Assembly: GCF_001194135.2 (NCBI RefSeq)
Contig: NC_068990.1
Span: 28,896,028 to 28,960,027 of the forward strand
DNA: 64,000 nucleotides
Reading direction: 5' to 3'
From: Octopus bimaculoides
Lineage: Eukaryota
Part shown: positions 37,136-50,045 of the stretch, in pieces
How the letters are laid out: the number at the start of each line of letters is the position of its first letter
Numbering within the stretch: position 1 is the first letter of the stretch
The notes under the pieces: generated by a model
The model's database searches: none
Seen by the model: the letters and a program-made list of their open reading frames with translations, nothing else
What the model was told of the DNA's origin: nothing
Translations under genes and position numbers: made by a program

Positions 37136-38122
37136 ATTCAAGTGACTAGATGTGTAACCTAGAAGTCACTAACCTTTCATGAAAGACCAGAGCTGAACAA
37201 TAATTTATTGAACAATGAAGAGAATGTGACCAGAATTACAGTGAAAAGGTCTTTCACGTCGAACAATATGGCTCTCATTACAACTGCAGACTAACCTGTT
37301 CGAATCTTAACAGAGCTGTTGTTGTTGTTGTCGTCGTCGTTGTTGTTCTTGTTCTTGTTGTTGCAGTTGCTGTATGACCTCAGGTCAGTCCTGAAGGAGT
37401 AAGGCCTATGATCAACGGCGTTCTATCCGTAACCACCCAACGTTACAGGGAGACTTACATTATCCAATGTGTCCTTTATCGTTTTAAGACGCTGAAATAA
37501 GATCTGGAAGCAAATTTGACTGTTATTTCTGGTATGTTTAGGGACACGTATAAGCTCCCTCTTCATTTATTTAGAAATATCTTGAATTACAATATCTAAT
37601 GTATCATTTCAATTTTGAAGCTGGTAATATGGAATTTTACTGAAGCATTTTTTGGTAGTTATAGCCGGAGTAGAATATCGTTTCTCATTCTGATTTGTAC
37701 CAGCCCCAGCGAAGCTAAAATCTTTTCGCTGAATGCTGGAAATGGTCATGTGAAAAGAATTTATATAGTTTTGATAAAATATCTGAAACCAAAGAATGAA
37801 AATTCGGCTAGAAAAGGCGTTCAGAGAAAGGTACATACCAAGCACACACGCCGTAAATATTTCATTCACTTCTCCAGCCGTTACCCGCTTCGTCGCCAGC
37901 TTCTCAGTTCTTCTAGTTTCTTTTGCGTTGCATCAATATTTTCCTTACCCCACACGACGCACGGCCACACATAATTCTACTTATGTACCTGTACTTGCAG
38001 CAGCATTTCAGTGGAAATACAAAGTCACATGTGGTCTCCAGTCACATGTATGCACACTTTAGGACAGTGTGATCCGTAGCAGCTCATCTTTACCATCAAT
38101 TGTCGACTGTCGCAGAGGATTC

Positions 38123-38357
38123 TTATTTCTTTATTGCCCACAAGGAGCTACACACAGAGAGGGAACAAAGAAGGACAGACAAATGGATTAAATCGATTAT
38201 ATCGACCCCAGTGCGTAACTGGTACTTAATTTATCGACCCCGAAAGGATGAAAAGCAAAGTCGACCTCGGCGGAATTCGAACTCAGGACGTAGCGGCAGA
38301 CGAAATACCGCTAAGCATTTCGCCCGGTGTGCTAACGTTTCTGCCAGCTTGCCGCTG
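38123..38357 (-). mobile_element. Young full-length SINE family A with a 16-bp target-site duplication
   Basis: Flanked by identical CTGTCGCAGAGGATTC at 38107-38122 and 38358-38373. Confidence 0.95.
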
Positions 38358-39480
38358 CTGTCGCAGAGGATTCGATGACCAAGTCACCGCCGATTATCGG
38401 AGCACATGTAGCCTGGACTTGACGCGGGTTATAGACACATATTTTAACAAAAACTAAGGTGTTGCCTGAATGGTTGTCTGGTTTCTATTCTTTCACACAT
38501 CCTATTTCCACTTTTAATACAATAAACACCGCCTCTCGTATTAATCTCACTAATAAAAATAATTATGCGCCTATTCATTTTATACAAATTATACTCACCA
38601 AACGGATTATATAACCATAAAGATGTTTTCATTTGCGGATTTGTTTATAGAAGTAAATCCACAATGACAGATACCACTGATCATTGGAGTATAAGACACT
38701 AAGGTTGTCTTTCACCTCTGCATAAAACAACCTTCGCTTTTGTGAACGAACACAATGGCGGATAGAAATTCTACAATGTGCTATTGAAATTTAAAGCCTA
38801 AAAGAGTTTTAAGAAGCAGACTACGGGTGTTTTTAAGAAGCAAACTCCATGTCGTTTAAGAAACAAAATCCATTCATTTAAAACACGGCAAACGCAATAT
38901 ATCGATCAAAAAGGGGCTCTCTTTCGCTTTCGAGTTTCATTTCAAATGTGGAATATTCGTACACCTTTTTCTGTACACAGAGCCTATTGCCCTTCATACC
39001 GTGAACCAAACAATGGTTGTCAGACTATGTTGGCTTGATATGTTAAAACGAGTCCTTAAACATGAAGTAGAAACAAACATCCAATTCGTTATGCTTTCCA
39101 ATAATGCCATGTGAGTCGAGTGGCTGAAATGAAAGAGGATGTTTTTGCCGAGAAACCAAACGAAATAAAATGACTTGTACATCTCATCAGCTTTGAAATG
39201 GATAAAACTAGTGACAGATGTAAAAAAAATATCAAGTGAATGTACTGCATTATTTGTGCAATGTTCCACACAAACTACATTTGATTTGACCAAGAATTGA
39301 ATTGAAGAATGGCTTTTAGCGATGGAATGAGTTACATTAAATTTCAGCAGAACACAGAACAATAATAAAAACACTTTGAATATAATAACTGAAGGAATCG
39401 GGATTAAGTATAACAAGATTCTAGACTTACTAAAGAAAATAATTGAAAACATTCAACGAAAACGATTAAGCAGGGATTAA

Positions 39481-39703
39481 CACATTAAGTCCCATAGTAC
39501 TTAAATTTCTGAATATTACTTTTAAATTTCTACCCATGATTGAAAATAGATTAAAATGGAAATAATAATTATTAAAACTCCTTTACTTCAAGTAGAAATG
39601 GAAATACTCGGTGTCTTATAAATAGGACACCGAGACAATGTGATATAGCACATTTAATGTTTTCATTTGGTGTCCTATTTATAGGACAGTAGGACTTAAT
39701 GGG
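39481..39703. mobile_element. piggyBac-like MITE (223 bp)
   Basis: TIRs CACATTAAGTCCCA / TAGGACTTAATGGG (12/14 inverted match); flanks TTAA and TTGA; internal palindromes CTCGGTGTCTTATAAATAGGACACCGAG (39607-39634) and TGTCCTATTTATAGGACA. Confidence 0.75.
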
Positions 39704-40786
39704 TTGACCTGAGTTTATTTGGATTTGCAAAAGATTTTTTATTCGTCTGAAGCGAGGTATGGTTCTAATACTTTAACGCTTTGTCAGACTGGAGTGAAGA
39801 ATGAGTTGATGAGATGAACTCTTTTGCCATTCCTGTTGAAATCTTTTATAACAGAAATCTATGTGAAATTATAGGTGCCGAGTTAACTCCCTATAAATGG
39901 GCTTCGTTCAAATAAGAAAGATTGAGGCAACATATTTAGTAGTGGCAGTGTACACACGTATAAAGGAAGAGTAGCAGGTGAGATGAATGAAATAAATTTC
40001 AGTTGGTGAAGGTATTGAAAAGCAGATTCAGAGAAGGAGCCATTGTGTTTGCAATGAGAAGAAATAACGGAGATATAACGGAGGTGTTGATAGTTTGGTA
40101 GTTGTGTTGAAATAAAGGCTTAGCATCATTGACCTTTGTCAACTGTATCAAGAGGATTATTGAGAAAATTAATGTCATTCGAATATCAATCTCAACTTAA
40201 TTAAACTGATAATGAAACAGACGACAGAATGTTGAAGGGTTAACGGGCAATATATCGTTACATTATAATAATGAGATTAAATCTTTGTTTCCTTAGCTTT
40301 GGATAAACAACAAAACAGCCCAGCAATCATTACATGAAGTCAGGAACGTCATTGTTGTTACAATAACCCTATTAGATTCTTGGAGTATTTAATGTACACC
40401 CAGCTGATCTATGGCTACCGAAGCCTATTCTTGAAGAACTGTATATTACAGATAAAGACGGCAAGCAATCAAGCAATTCAATATTGATTTCATTGAGGAT
40501 TCTCTGCTAGATATCATGGTTGTTATTCTACTGATCCTAATAAAGTTCTTTCTCCAACCAGTATTCTTTCATATGCATTATATTCATTAAAAATATTCCT
40601 TCTTTGAATGTGAAGAAGTCCATTTAATGTCTTAAGTACAAGTATTCTCATGCATTCTTTTACGAATGTTTCACAGAGATAAACATTCAAACAATTAAGT
40701 AAATAGAAAGGAAGAAATATATTCTCTACAATTAATTAAATATATTCCGAGAATATTTGACCACCTAATATATGTAATGTATAAAC

Positions 40787-41185
40787 ATAGGCGCAAGCGT
40801 TGCTGGGCGGAAAGAAATTTGCATCCCAACCACGTGGTCCCGGGTTCATTCTTACTGAGTGGTATCTTGGGCAATTGTCTTCCTTCCACTATAGCTCTGG
40901 GTCGATCAAAACCTTGTGAGTGGTAAACAGAAACTGAAAGAAACTTGTCGTATATATACGTGTGTGTGTGTTTTCTATGTGTGTGTTTGCCCCACCACCA
41001 CCACTACTACCACTTGACAAGTGGTATACAAGTGGTATTGGTGTGTTTATGTCCTTGTTACTTAACGGTTCAACAAAACAGGCCAATAGAATGAATACCA
41101 GGGTCGATTCATTTTACTAAAAATTCTTCAAAGTGGTACTCCAGCATGGCCGAAGTCAAATGACTGAATCAAAAACTGCAATAAA
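40787..41185 (+). mobile_element. SINE family B, full length
   Basis: ATAGGCGCAAGCG head, CTTGGGCAA CORE-like motif, (TG)n spacer, CCAGCATGGCCGAAGTCAAATGACTGAA tail. Confidence 0.9.
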
Positions 41186-41560
41186 GATAGATGAAACGTG
41201 ATAAATGAATTTATAATCCTGACATGGACAACAATAGAAAATGGTGAAAATGCAAGAACACTTTGAGTCAGCATCGACCGAACTCAGTTAAGAAATTTGG
41301 CAAATTTGATCAAGTTTAATTTTTCCTGACAAGATATAAACGAGTTTAAATGTTTGAATCATATTGAATATGGCAAGGATGTGATTCGAAATGCTGGAAT
41401 AATGTGTACGAGGACTTTTGTCACACGTTGATAACAAAATGCTAAATATTACTGCAGGTAGAACAATTGACAAACAAAGAACAAAAATAAAATTAGTTGA
41501 AAAACAACAACGGAAATAGTTGAAAAAGTAAAACTATTAATGACAGATGTACTGACAAAC

Positions 41561-41878
41561 TGGCACTCTGCCGGTTTAGATGATAAGTGTTCCTCTTCAT
41601 CCGATTAATGGAACATCCTGCTCTTGAAATTAGATCTTGCGTGTGGCCGAGTACTGCACAAATATGCATACCCTCAACGTAATTCTCAGGGAGATTTAGT
41701 GTGACACGGAATGTGACAGGGGTGGTCCTATGAATCCTAGTTACACCTCAATCTTTCTAGCTATGTGAACTGGAGCAACAGGAAATAAACTGTCTTGTCC
41801 AAAGGCACAACTCTCCGCCCTGATTCGAAATCATGATCCCCAGCCGAATATCCTACCCACACAACCACGTGTCTTCAC
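41561..41878 (-). mobile_element. Chimeric SINE: family D head plus family C body/tail, old
   Basis: GTGAACTGGAGCAAC..GAAATAAACTGTCTTG (D head, reverse) joined to CATACCCTCAACGTAATTCTCAGGGAGA (C body, reverse). Confidence 0.7.
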
Positions 41879-42490
41879 TGAGGAGCACTACTAACAACAA
41901 CATACTCAACTTCAACACCAAAATTATCAAATTTCCCAACTGACTTAAAGGGGATTCTACAAAGGGTCCAAGACAGCTGATAAAATATTGAAACACCAGA
42001 AATTTCAAAATTATTTCAGCCATTCCGATCGAGTGAAATTAAGTTAGTTTAAAGAAATTGGTTTTCGATAACTCATCATCACGTTTAACATTAGCTATCA
42101 AGAGTGTATGACTTGTTCACAGGGACAGGAAGAAATTAACAAAGGGAACACAATGACTAATTTCCATGGAAACAACAGTTACAGCCTAATTCATTATTCG
42201 TAATTACAACGTAATGAATTACGGCTTTTCCGTGTGCCCCATGATTAAGATTGTCAAACGATGTGTTCTTAATAGGTCAAGGTGAGCCGTAAAACTAGAA
42301 GTGAGAGATCAAACTGCATTGCAATTTAATTACTTCCCCACTCCAACATTTAATTAAGAAGTTCCCGTTAGTGTCATTTAACCCCAAATCACCCCTGATC
42401 CACCTGACATACAATCCAATCAATTCCACTCATAAACATCCTATGTTTATTACCAGACATTTTTAGTTCATTATTATTTGTCGCACCCAC

Positions 42491-43060
42491 TAGGCGGTGA
42501 GCTTGCAGAATCGTCAGATCATCGAAAGTAAATTCTTTGCACCATATCGTCCGGATCTTTACGTCCGGAGTTCAAATTCCACCGAGGTCGACTTTCGAAG
42601 ACAATAAAATAAGTACCAGTTACGTACTGAAGAGAATATTGCTGGCATTGTGTCAAACCCTGAACCCATTATATACTGTACCCCATGGCGACAAGTTAAC
42701 AGAATCGTTAGAATGCCAGAAAAAAAGTCTTTGCACTACTTCTTGCGTTGCCCTAGATTCAGAGTTCAAATCCCAACTTTGTCTATATCGATAAAATAAG
42801 AGATAAACATTTTAATGTTAGAAACAGTTCATGTACCCTACGGTGTGGCGCTGGCAGATTCTTTGAAGCGTCCAACAGAACATCTTGTATTTTTTTCAGC
42901 TCTTTACATTTTAAGATCAATTATCACCGAGGTCATTTTTATCTTTCATCTTTCTAACGTCGATAATATAATGTCCAAATGAATTACTAGGAGCAAACGT
43001 ATCAAGTAACATCACTCCAATCAAATTGGCGTGCCTTGTGCCTACATGAGAAACCATTAT
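42491..43060 (+). mobile_element. Three tandem degenerate SINE family A copies
   Basis: Repeated head/B-box/GTCGAT modules starting at about 42491, 42680 and 42845. Confidence 0.7.
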
Positions 43061-44042
43061 TTAATGTATCCTTTTCTTTCAAGGACACTGGTATTCAATC
43101 TAAGCGAAATGTGGCTACTATATCTAGCAGACTGGACCAAGATGTAGACGGTGATTTATTGTCTAGTGTTGATGTTATTTTTGTTGAGGAGTCGATCTAA
43201 CTGTAACCATCTGCTGAACGCTTGAGATGAAGGATTGCACAATCCCTGCATTCCTCTTTCACTGAAGATTATAGAGTGGGATGTACGGGAGAACATATAT
43301 TGTAGTTCTAACAATTACTGCAAAATCAGGTATTTTTTAGAACAGATCATTCTTTACTGACATCATGATAAGAACATTGAAGCCACTGTTAATTAATTAA
43401 CTAATCAATTAAGTAATAGTAATAAAAATGGTAATAATAGTAATCATTTCTACTAATGTCACAAGGCCTGAAATTTGTGGAGAGGAGACTAGTCGATTAC
43501 ATCGACCCTCAGCTTTCCAAATCGCCACTTGTACTTTACCTACTCGTCCTCTGAAATCTATTTTTCTCGGAACGTTTTGCTGGTTTCATTTCATTTATTC
43601 TAATGGATTTCTTCAGAGCAACAAACTACCAGTTCAATTGCTGTTGGCTTTACTCAACCGAAAAACAAGGCGTTCATCTTCTTTATCTATTTACGGTTTA
43701 TTTAGACCCTAAAAATGCTATGTCCGAATTAGATCAACATTACTCAATGTATTTACCTCATGTCTACATTTATGAATTTTAAAAATGCCTTCTATATCCG
43801 CTTGACAACTGGATCTGGATGAGTATGAGCGGGTTTGCGAGTGATTTTAAACTTAGTTATCAGCTTCGAGCAGACAGAAGAAAAATGGCCGCTCTGTTCT
43901 GTTCAAGACATAAATGACCACAAGCCTTAAAACACCATACTGGTCTCTGTCCACCAGTAAAACATTTATATGAGGCTTCCAGAATATCACTAAAACCTTA
44001 GGATTCAAATCTTTTCATGATGATAAAAGTAAAAAACAAAAC

Positions 44043-44250
44043 AATAACTTCAAATTTTGACACAATTCCAGCCATTTCAAGGATCGGGCGATTAGACAGA
44101 CAAACTACTCGTTCTATTAACTGCGAGAGAAGGAAATACTGGAAATACTAATAGATGAAGCGGAATTTGAACTGAGAACGTAAAAAGCCGGAAGAAATAC
44201 CGCTTTGCATTTAGACCGACGCGATAAGGATTCTGCCGGCACGCCGCCTC
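44043..44250 (-). mobile_element. SINE family A, degenerate
   Basis: GCGGAATTTGAACTGAGAACGTAAAAG...GATTCTGCCGGCACGCCGCC. Confidence 0.75.
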
Positions 44251-44865
44251 AGTTAAACAGCAAAAAAGGATGAAAAACAAAAGAGAAATAAATGAATACT
44301 TCTTAGGTTATGTTTCTGTTTTAAGAATTCTTTCTTTTACTTGTAGAACTTCAAAATTTTGGTAAAAGAATTAATTCTTTTTTACAAATATTGTTATTTC
44401 CAACTCAACATTATAAGAATCAATGAAAGCGATATTGGCTTTCCGTCATGCCTTGATATCAACATCTTGTCATATCTTTAAGAGGCAGCTGTTGTTGACT
44501 TGTTGCTAAAGAAGCTGTCTTCTAAGTTTTCTGAGATTTGTCATCAGGTAAATATAGTTGTGCTCGTAAAGAATTTAGAGATAAACGCATACACATAACA
44601 TGCACACACACATATACACGTACACACATACATACATAAATACATACATACATACATACGCACACAAACGCACATATATGCATACATGCATGCACGCATA
44701 CATACAAATGTAAGCGACACATATGTAAGTAAATATATACAAGCAAGCACATTTTCATACATGCACATACATATGTTATTGTATATATGCGTACACAGTG
44801 TTAAGAGATATACGTATATAATTCTATACAATCTTCAAAAATTATTAGTATACTCTATAAATATT

Positions 44866-45260
44866 ACAGACGCAGATGTGGATGTGTGGTAAGAAGATTG
44901 CTTCTTGACTAAATAGGTCTAGGTTCAGTCTCTCTGCGTGGCATCTTGGGGAATTCTCTTCTGCTATAGCCTGGGTCGATCAGACTCTTACGATTGGATT
45001 TAGTAGAAGGAAACTGAATGAAGACTGTCATATATATTTATGTATATATCTATACATGTGTGTCTTTGTCTTTGTGTTTCTTCCCAATCACTGCTTGACA
45101 AATGGTGTTGGTTTCCTTAAGTTTCCGTAACTTAGTGGTTCAGCAAAAGATACCGATAGAATAAAAGTACGGGGTGGGCTGGTTGATTTACTTGACTAAA
45201 CACTGCAAGGCAGTACTCTAGCGTGGCCGCGGTTTACTGTGTGAAATGTGTAAAAGAGAA
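44866..45260 (+). mobile_element. SINE family B, full length, old
   Basis: GTGTGGTAAGAAG...GGTTCAGTC...GCGTGGCATCTTGGG...GCTTGACAA...GTAACTTAGTGGTTCAGCAAAAGA...GCGTGGCCGCGG. Confidence 0.85.
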
Positions 45261-45313
45261 AGACAGATACATATGTATACCCATGTACATATATATGTAC
45301 GCTTGTGTATGCA

Positions 45314-45344
<31 letters not shown>

Positions 45345-46217
45345 CGCTGCTTCTTTCTGGGCATATGGTAATTTAAACATTACATACATTGCTGAGGTCG
45401 TGACGACAAAAATTACTATTAAAATTATATGATTTAAACTTGTTACAATGAATTATTTAAACTTCATTCTTTATTCTGACAAACATTCCCGCTTCCAACA
45501 GCAGCAATTTCTGCAAATTTATCACACTTCCAGACCTTACATCATGTATACTAGCTTCTGCTTCATTTTATTTTAATTGCATTCTGTCTCACCCTACACC
45601 ATTTTTTATTGTTCTCTTCTTTTTATCATCTTCATTTATTTTATATCTTTTATTTTATTTCATTTTTAATTAATTCCTTTGCAAACAAATCCACCAGTAA
45701 AATTTAATGGAAATTATATTCTGTGACTCACAAAAACGGAAATACAGAATCCCGCAATCGTAGGATAAGGGTTACCTTTGATCTGTTCATCTTCTCAAAG
45801 CTTCGTTTCTGACGTTAACGTCAACCGTCCTCTTTTTACACCATCGCCAGCTTTAATGATAGCATGTTAGTCGTCAGTCGTCAGTCGTATTTCGAGTTCT
45901 GGCCACAAATATATTGATATCTGTCAGTAAGAAACGATTGGAACTATTGAAATACCAACATTTCTAATAAAAGGAATAGTTTATCCAAAACTCCGGCGTT
46001 GATTACTTATCCTTCCGTTTCAATAACTTATGTATATGTAGGCTATTTACATGTACGCACATATATATGTGAGTGTGTGTAGTCGTGTTTAGGTATATAC
46101 AGACAGTTAGACAAATACACAGGTGCACACGCACACGCACACGCACACACACACACACTCACCCATACAGACAGACAGACAGACAGACACTAAGATAGAT
46201 AGATAGATGAATAGATG

Positions 46218-46262
<45 letters not shown>

Positions 46263-46268
46263 ACAGAC

Positions 46269-46315
<47 letters not shown>

Positions 46316-46714
46316 ATTTAGATCGGTCAACTGTAAACAATCCTGGCTGAAACGCTGGTTTGGGTTTTAGCCATCTTTTGTTCCAGTTGACCAAATTTAA
46401 TAAAGTATTTCCCATACACATCTTAGTTTGTGTCACTCAAACAAGGAAAATATAAAAGAAGTTATGAAAGAAGAATGGGCTGCTTGTGCAGAGTTCAAAC
46501 GTAGTGTTCCGTAAACAATAGGCAACTCTTTGCTTGGATTTGTGGTTTTTAAAATATTTTGTATTCTAAAGTTTTGGTCAAGATTTTAAGACTCCATGAA
46601 ATAAGTTTAGTGTCTTACAGTACCATATGATAGTGTCTGAAATATATTTTACATATTGGTTTTATTGGTTGATAGGGAGTAAGAGGCTGAGATGGATACT
46701 AGATATACAGGTAC

Positions 46715-47225
46715 TGCCAGGAGTAATGCGCAAACTTCAACGTTCGATCCTCAGAAGCGTAGGAATTGGTAAAAGAGCCAAACTTGCTACCTCCAAGTCC
46801 GTTTGCATATCTATGTCTCCTGTGGTCCTGAATTTTGGGTAATGAATAAAAGAGGATTATTTTGAGTACAAGAAGTCGAAATGGGGTTCGTAGGAAGGAT
46901 CTCTGGAGTAATGTTACTTGGCAGGATGTGTAGCATGGAGATCAGGGAGCCTCTCCAGGTCGAGCTGTTCCTTCTTCGCATTGAGAGGTCACAATTCCGC
47001 TCCTGTGGTTATGTTATTAGAATGTCAAAGGAAAGAATCGAATGACGGATTTTTCAAGCCGATCCATCCGACAGGGTACCTCAGAGTAGAACAAAACCGA
47101 GATGATTGATAATGAGAAACTTCTCAGCTTTTTACACTCTGGAATCTAACAGGAAAGTATAATGATGCTTGTCTTGGGAAATAACTTTCCCAAGAATAGG
47201 GGCGAAAAAAATGGATGCATCGGGG
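46715..47225 (+). mobile_element. RTE-clade LINE 3' fragment, decayed
   Basis: Across frameshifts it reads AKLATSKSV...GPEFWVM...VQEVEMGFVGRISGVMLLGRMCSMEIREPLQVELFLLRIERSQFRSCGYVIRM, matching the RTE-1-type AAEM.FLRRI.G...EIR..L.VEPLLL.IERSQLRW.GHV.RM region. Confidence 0.8.
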
Positions 47226-47734
47226 GATATCAAGAGAATTATTGATAAGAGTAAATGAGCCAAAGTGGTTTCTTATTAAAAATGGACTTGAAAGTCGATG
47301 TTAATGAAATGGATCATAAGTTATCGGTTATAGACTGATATCTGAATAGAATTTTCAGGAGTCATATATTTCGATGTAAAGATATTAGAATATTGATGAA
47401 ATTCAATACCAATTCCAAAATTATACTCAAAATTCAATATTTTAAATGCTAAAAATACCTTTAAAATTCAGAAGTTAAAATCTTTAAAATAATTGTAAAA
47501 TTTAAAAGTAAAATTCTAAAAGGAACAATCTTATAATTCAAAACGGATCACCAACGTGGATATTCGAATAGGAGCTTAGCGAAAAATTGTTTACATATGA
47601 ATTATTTGAAAATTAACGAATTTGCAAAGTTTATGAAAAATGCTAGTTCTTTATGGTGTATGCTTATTTCTTCAAATAAAAATCCTTATCAGAAAAAGTT
47701 TAAAATATAGGTGAAAGAATATATAGTAGAAAAA

Positions 47735-47933
47735 ACTATTGGTTTCCAATATAGGTACGAGGCCAGCATTTTCCGAGAAGTGGGTAAATCGATTAGATCA
47801 TCTCAGTGGTACTTTTTTTATCGACCTCGAAAGGATAAAAGGCAAGGTCAACGACTGAGGAATTTGAACTCAGAACGTAAAGGCAGACAAAATGTCACTA
47901 AATATTTTTCCCGTCGTGCTAACGATTCTGCCG
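47735..47933 (-). mobile_element. SINE family A
   Basis: TATCGACCTCGAAAGGATAAAAGGCAAGGTCAAC...GAATTTGAACTCAGAACG...GCTAACGATTCTGCC. Confidence 0.9.
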
Positions 47934-48146
47934 TGGATTCAAATATTGGTTAAACCGCTTTATATTGGATTAAAACATCAGTTTCACCACTTTATATTGG
48001 ATTAAAATATTGGCTTCCCCACTTTATATTGGATTAAAATATTGGCTTCACCGCTTTGTATTGGATTAAAATATTGGTTTCACCGCTTTATATTGGATTA
48101 GAATATTAGTTTCACCGCTTTATAGTGGATTAAAATATTGGTTTCA
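47934..48146. repeat. 32-bp minisatellite, about 6.5 units (CCGCTTTATATTGGATTAAAATATTGGTTTCA)
   Basis: Directly visible tandem units between two family A SINEs. Confidence 0.95.
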
Positions 48147-48320
48147 AGTTTTTGCACAAGATAAGCAAGTTCGGAGGAGGGATCAAGTCGATTACATCAA
48201 CACCAGTATTCAACTGGTACTAATTTTATCGGCTCCAACGATAAAATATTATAATGACAAACGAAATGTCGCTAAGCATTTAATCCGGCAGGATGACGAT
48301 TTTGCCAGTTTGCTGCCTTA
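48133..48320 (-). mobile_element. SINE family A with internal deletion
   Basis: TTTTGCACAAG...GTCGATTACATC..CAGTATTCAACTGGTAC...GAAATGTCGCTAAGCATT. Confidence 0.75.
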
Positions 48321-49306
48321 TGTCATAGAAAAATTTTGAATTAGGAAAATATACAAGCGGCAAATGATAAATACATAAGTTATGGTAAATACACGATAAA
48401 TATGATAAAAAATTATAAATACATAAGCTATCGAGAGAAATGTTTGCTAGACGTAGAGTAATTAAATGTCTTGTGAATTTTATACCAGCAGGTAAAATAT
48501 ACAAAACGTTATTCAATCTACTCCTATCATTTTTACCTATTTGTAAATACACTCGATATTTTTATGATTTCTTCTCCACGTTTCTAAAAATCAGATGACA
48601 TTTATTCGAAGGATTTCAGGTCGCAAAATATTTGCTAAAAATTTTTAAAATACGTGAGCCTCAAACACCTCCAATGATGTTTAGAGCCTTGTCTAGAGAT
48701 TTTGTGTCCCCATTAAAATAACTCAAGTTTTAATCACAAAAAGTTATTTCCATCTGAATTTGAGATATGCGGTTCGATTTTTGGAGTCTGCCAATTAAAG
48801 ATATCGACCTGCTCATAAGTGAAGGAAACAACAAGATTATTCTATAGATGATATAGTGACACACACTATATTCAAAGTTTTCATCATCACTAGTATTCAC
48901 AGAAGTAATACTATCTCGTTTTTGCTAGAGAGTCTACAGATACCTGCGGGTGACACGTCAAGGTAAGGTAACCACTTCTGTCATATACATTACCACATTC
49001 AACAAAGGAACACGTTTCAAAAACTGCTGAGATAGATGATGTCACGGTTGCAAGAACTGAATCCCTTTAGTTGATGCTATTCTCAAAGCTGGTGTCACAA
49101 GACCTCCATGTTGACTTGATGTGACAATTTGAACTTCCTTTCAATAGGTTCAGGATACAGGCGATGTAATTCAGTCTTACGTTACCCCTATATGTATATA
49201 TATAGAAAAAGATAGATAGTCAGATAGACAGACAGAAAGACATACATACTCATATGCATATCTATCTCTATGTATTTATACATCAAAATGTGAAATACAT
49301 GTACTT

Positions 49307-49354
<48 letters not shown>

Positions 49355-49995
49355 NNNNNNNNNNNNNNNNNNNNNNNNNNNNNNNNNNNNNNNNNNNNNN
49401 NNNNNNNNNNNNNNNNNNNNNNNNNNNNNNNNNNNNNNNNNNNNNNNNNNNNNNNNNNNNNNNNNNNNNNNNNNNNNNNNNNNNNNNNNNNNNNNNNNNN
49501 NNNNNNNNNNNNNNNNNNNNNNNNNNNNNNNNNNNNNNNNNNNNNNNNNNNNNNNNNNNNNNNNNNNNNNNNNNNNNNNNNNNNNNNNNNNNNNNNNNNN
49601 NNNNNNNNNNNNNNNNNNNNNNNNNNNNNNNNNNNNNNNNNNNNNNNNNNNNNNNNNNNNNNNNNNNNNNNNNNNNNNNNNNNNNNNNNNNNNNNNNNNN
49701 NNNNNNNNNNNNNNNNNNNNNNNNNNNNNNNNNNNNNNNNNNNNNNNNNNNNNNNNNNNNNNNNNNNNNNNNNNNNNNNNNNNNNNNNNNNNNNNNNNNN
49801 NNNNNNNNNNNNNNNNNNNNNNNNNNNNNNNNNNNNNNNNNNNNNNNNNNNNNNNNNNNNNNNNNNNNNNNNNNNNNNNNNNNNNNNNNNNNNNNNNNNN
49901 NNNNNNNNNNNNNNNNNNNNNNNNNNNNNNNNNNNNNNNNNNNNNNNNNNNNNNNNNNNNNNNNNNNNNNNNNNNNNNNNNNNNNNNNNNNNNNN

Positions 49996-50045
<50 letters not shown>

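Noticed and set aside
38990-40680. Coding-like AT-rich stretches flanking the piggyBac MITE
   Set aside because: Multiple stops in all frames and no recognisable domain; possibly an ancient retroelement but unsupported.
46440-46512. Tc1-like C-terminal peptide (NIKEVMKEEWAAC...SVP)
   Set aside because: Too short, with no catalytic motifs or TIR nearby.
32615-48146. CRISPR-like arrays (24-bp and 32-bp repeats)
   Set aside because: The units are contiguous without unique spacers, the context is eukaryotic and there are no cas genes.
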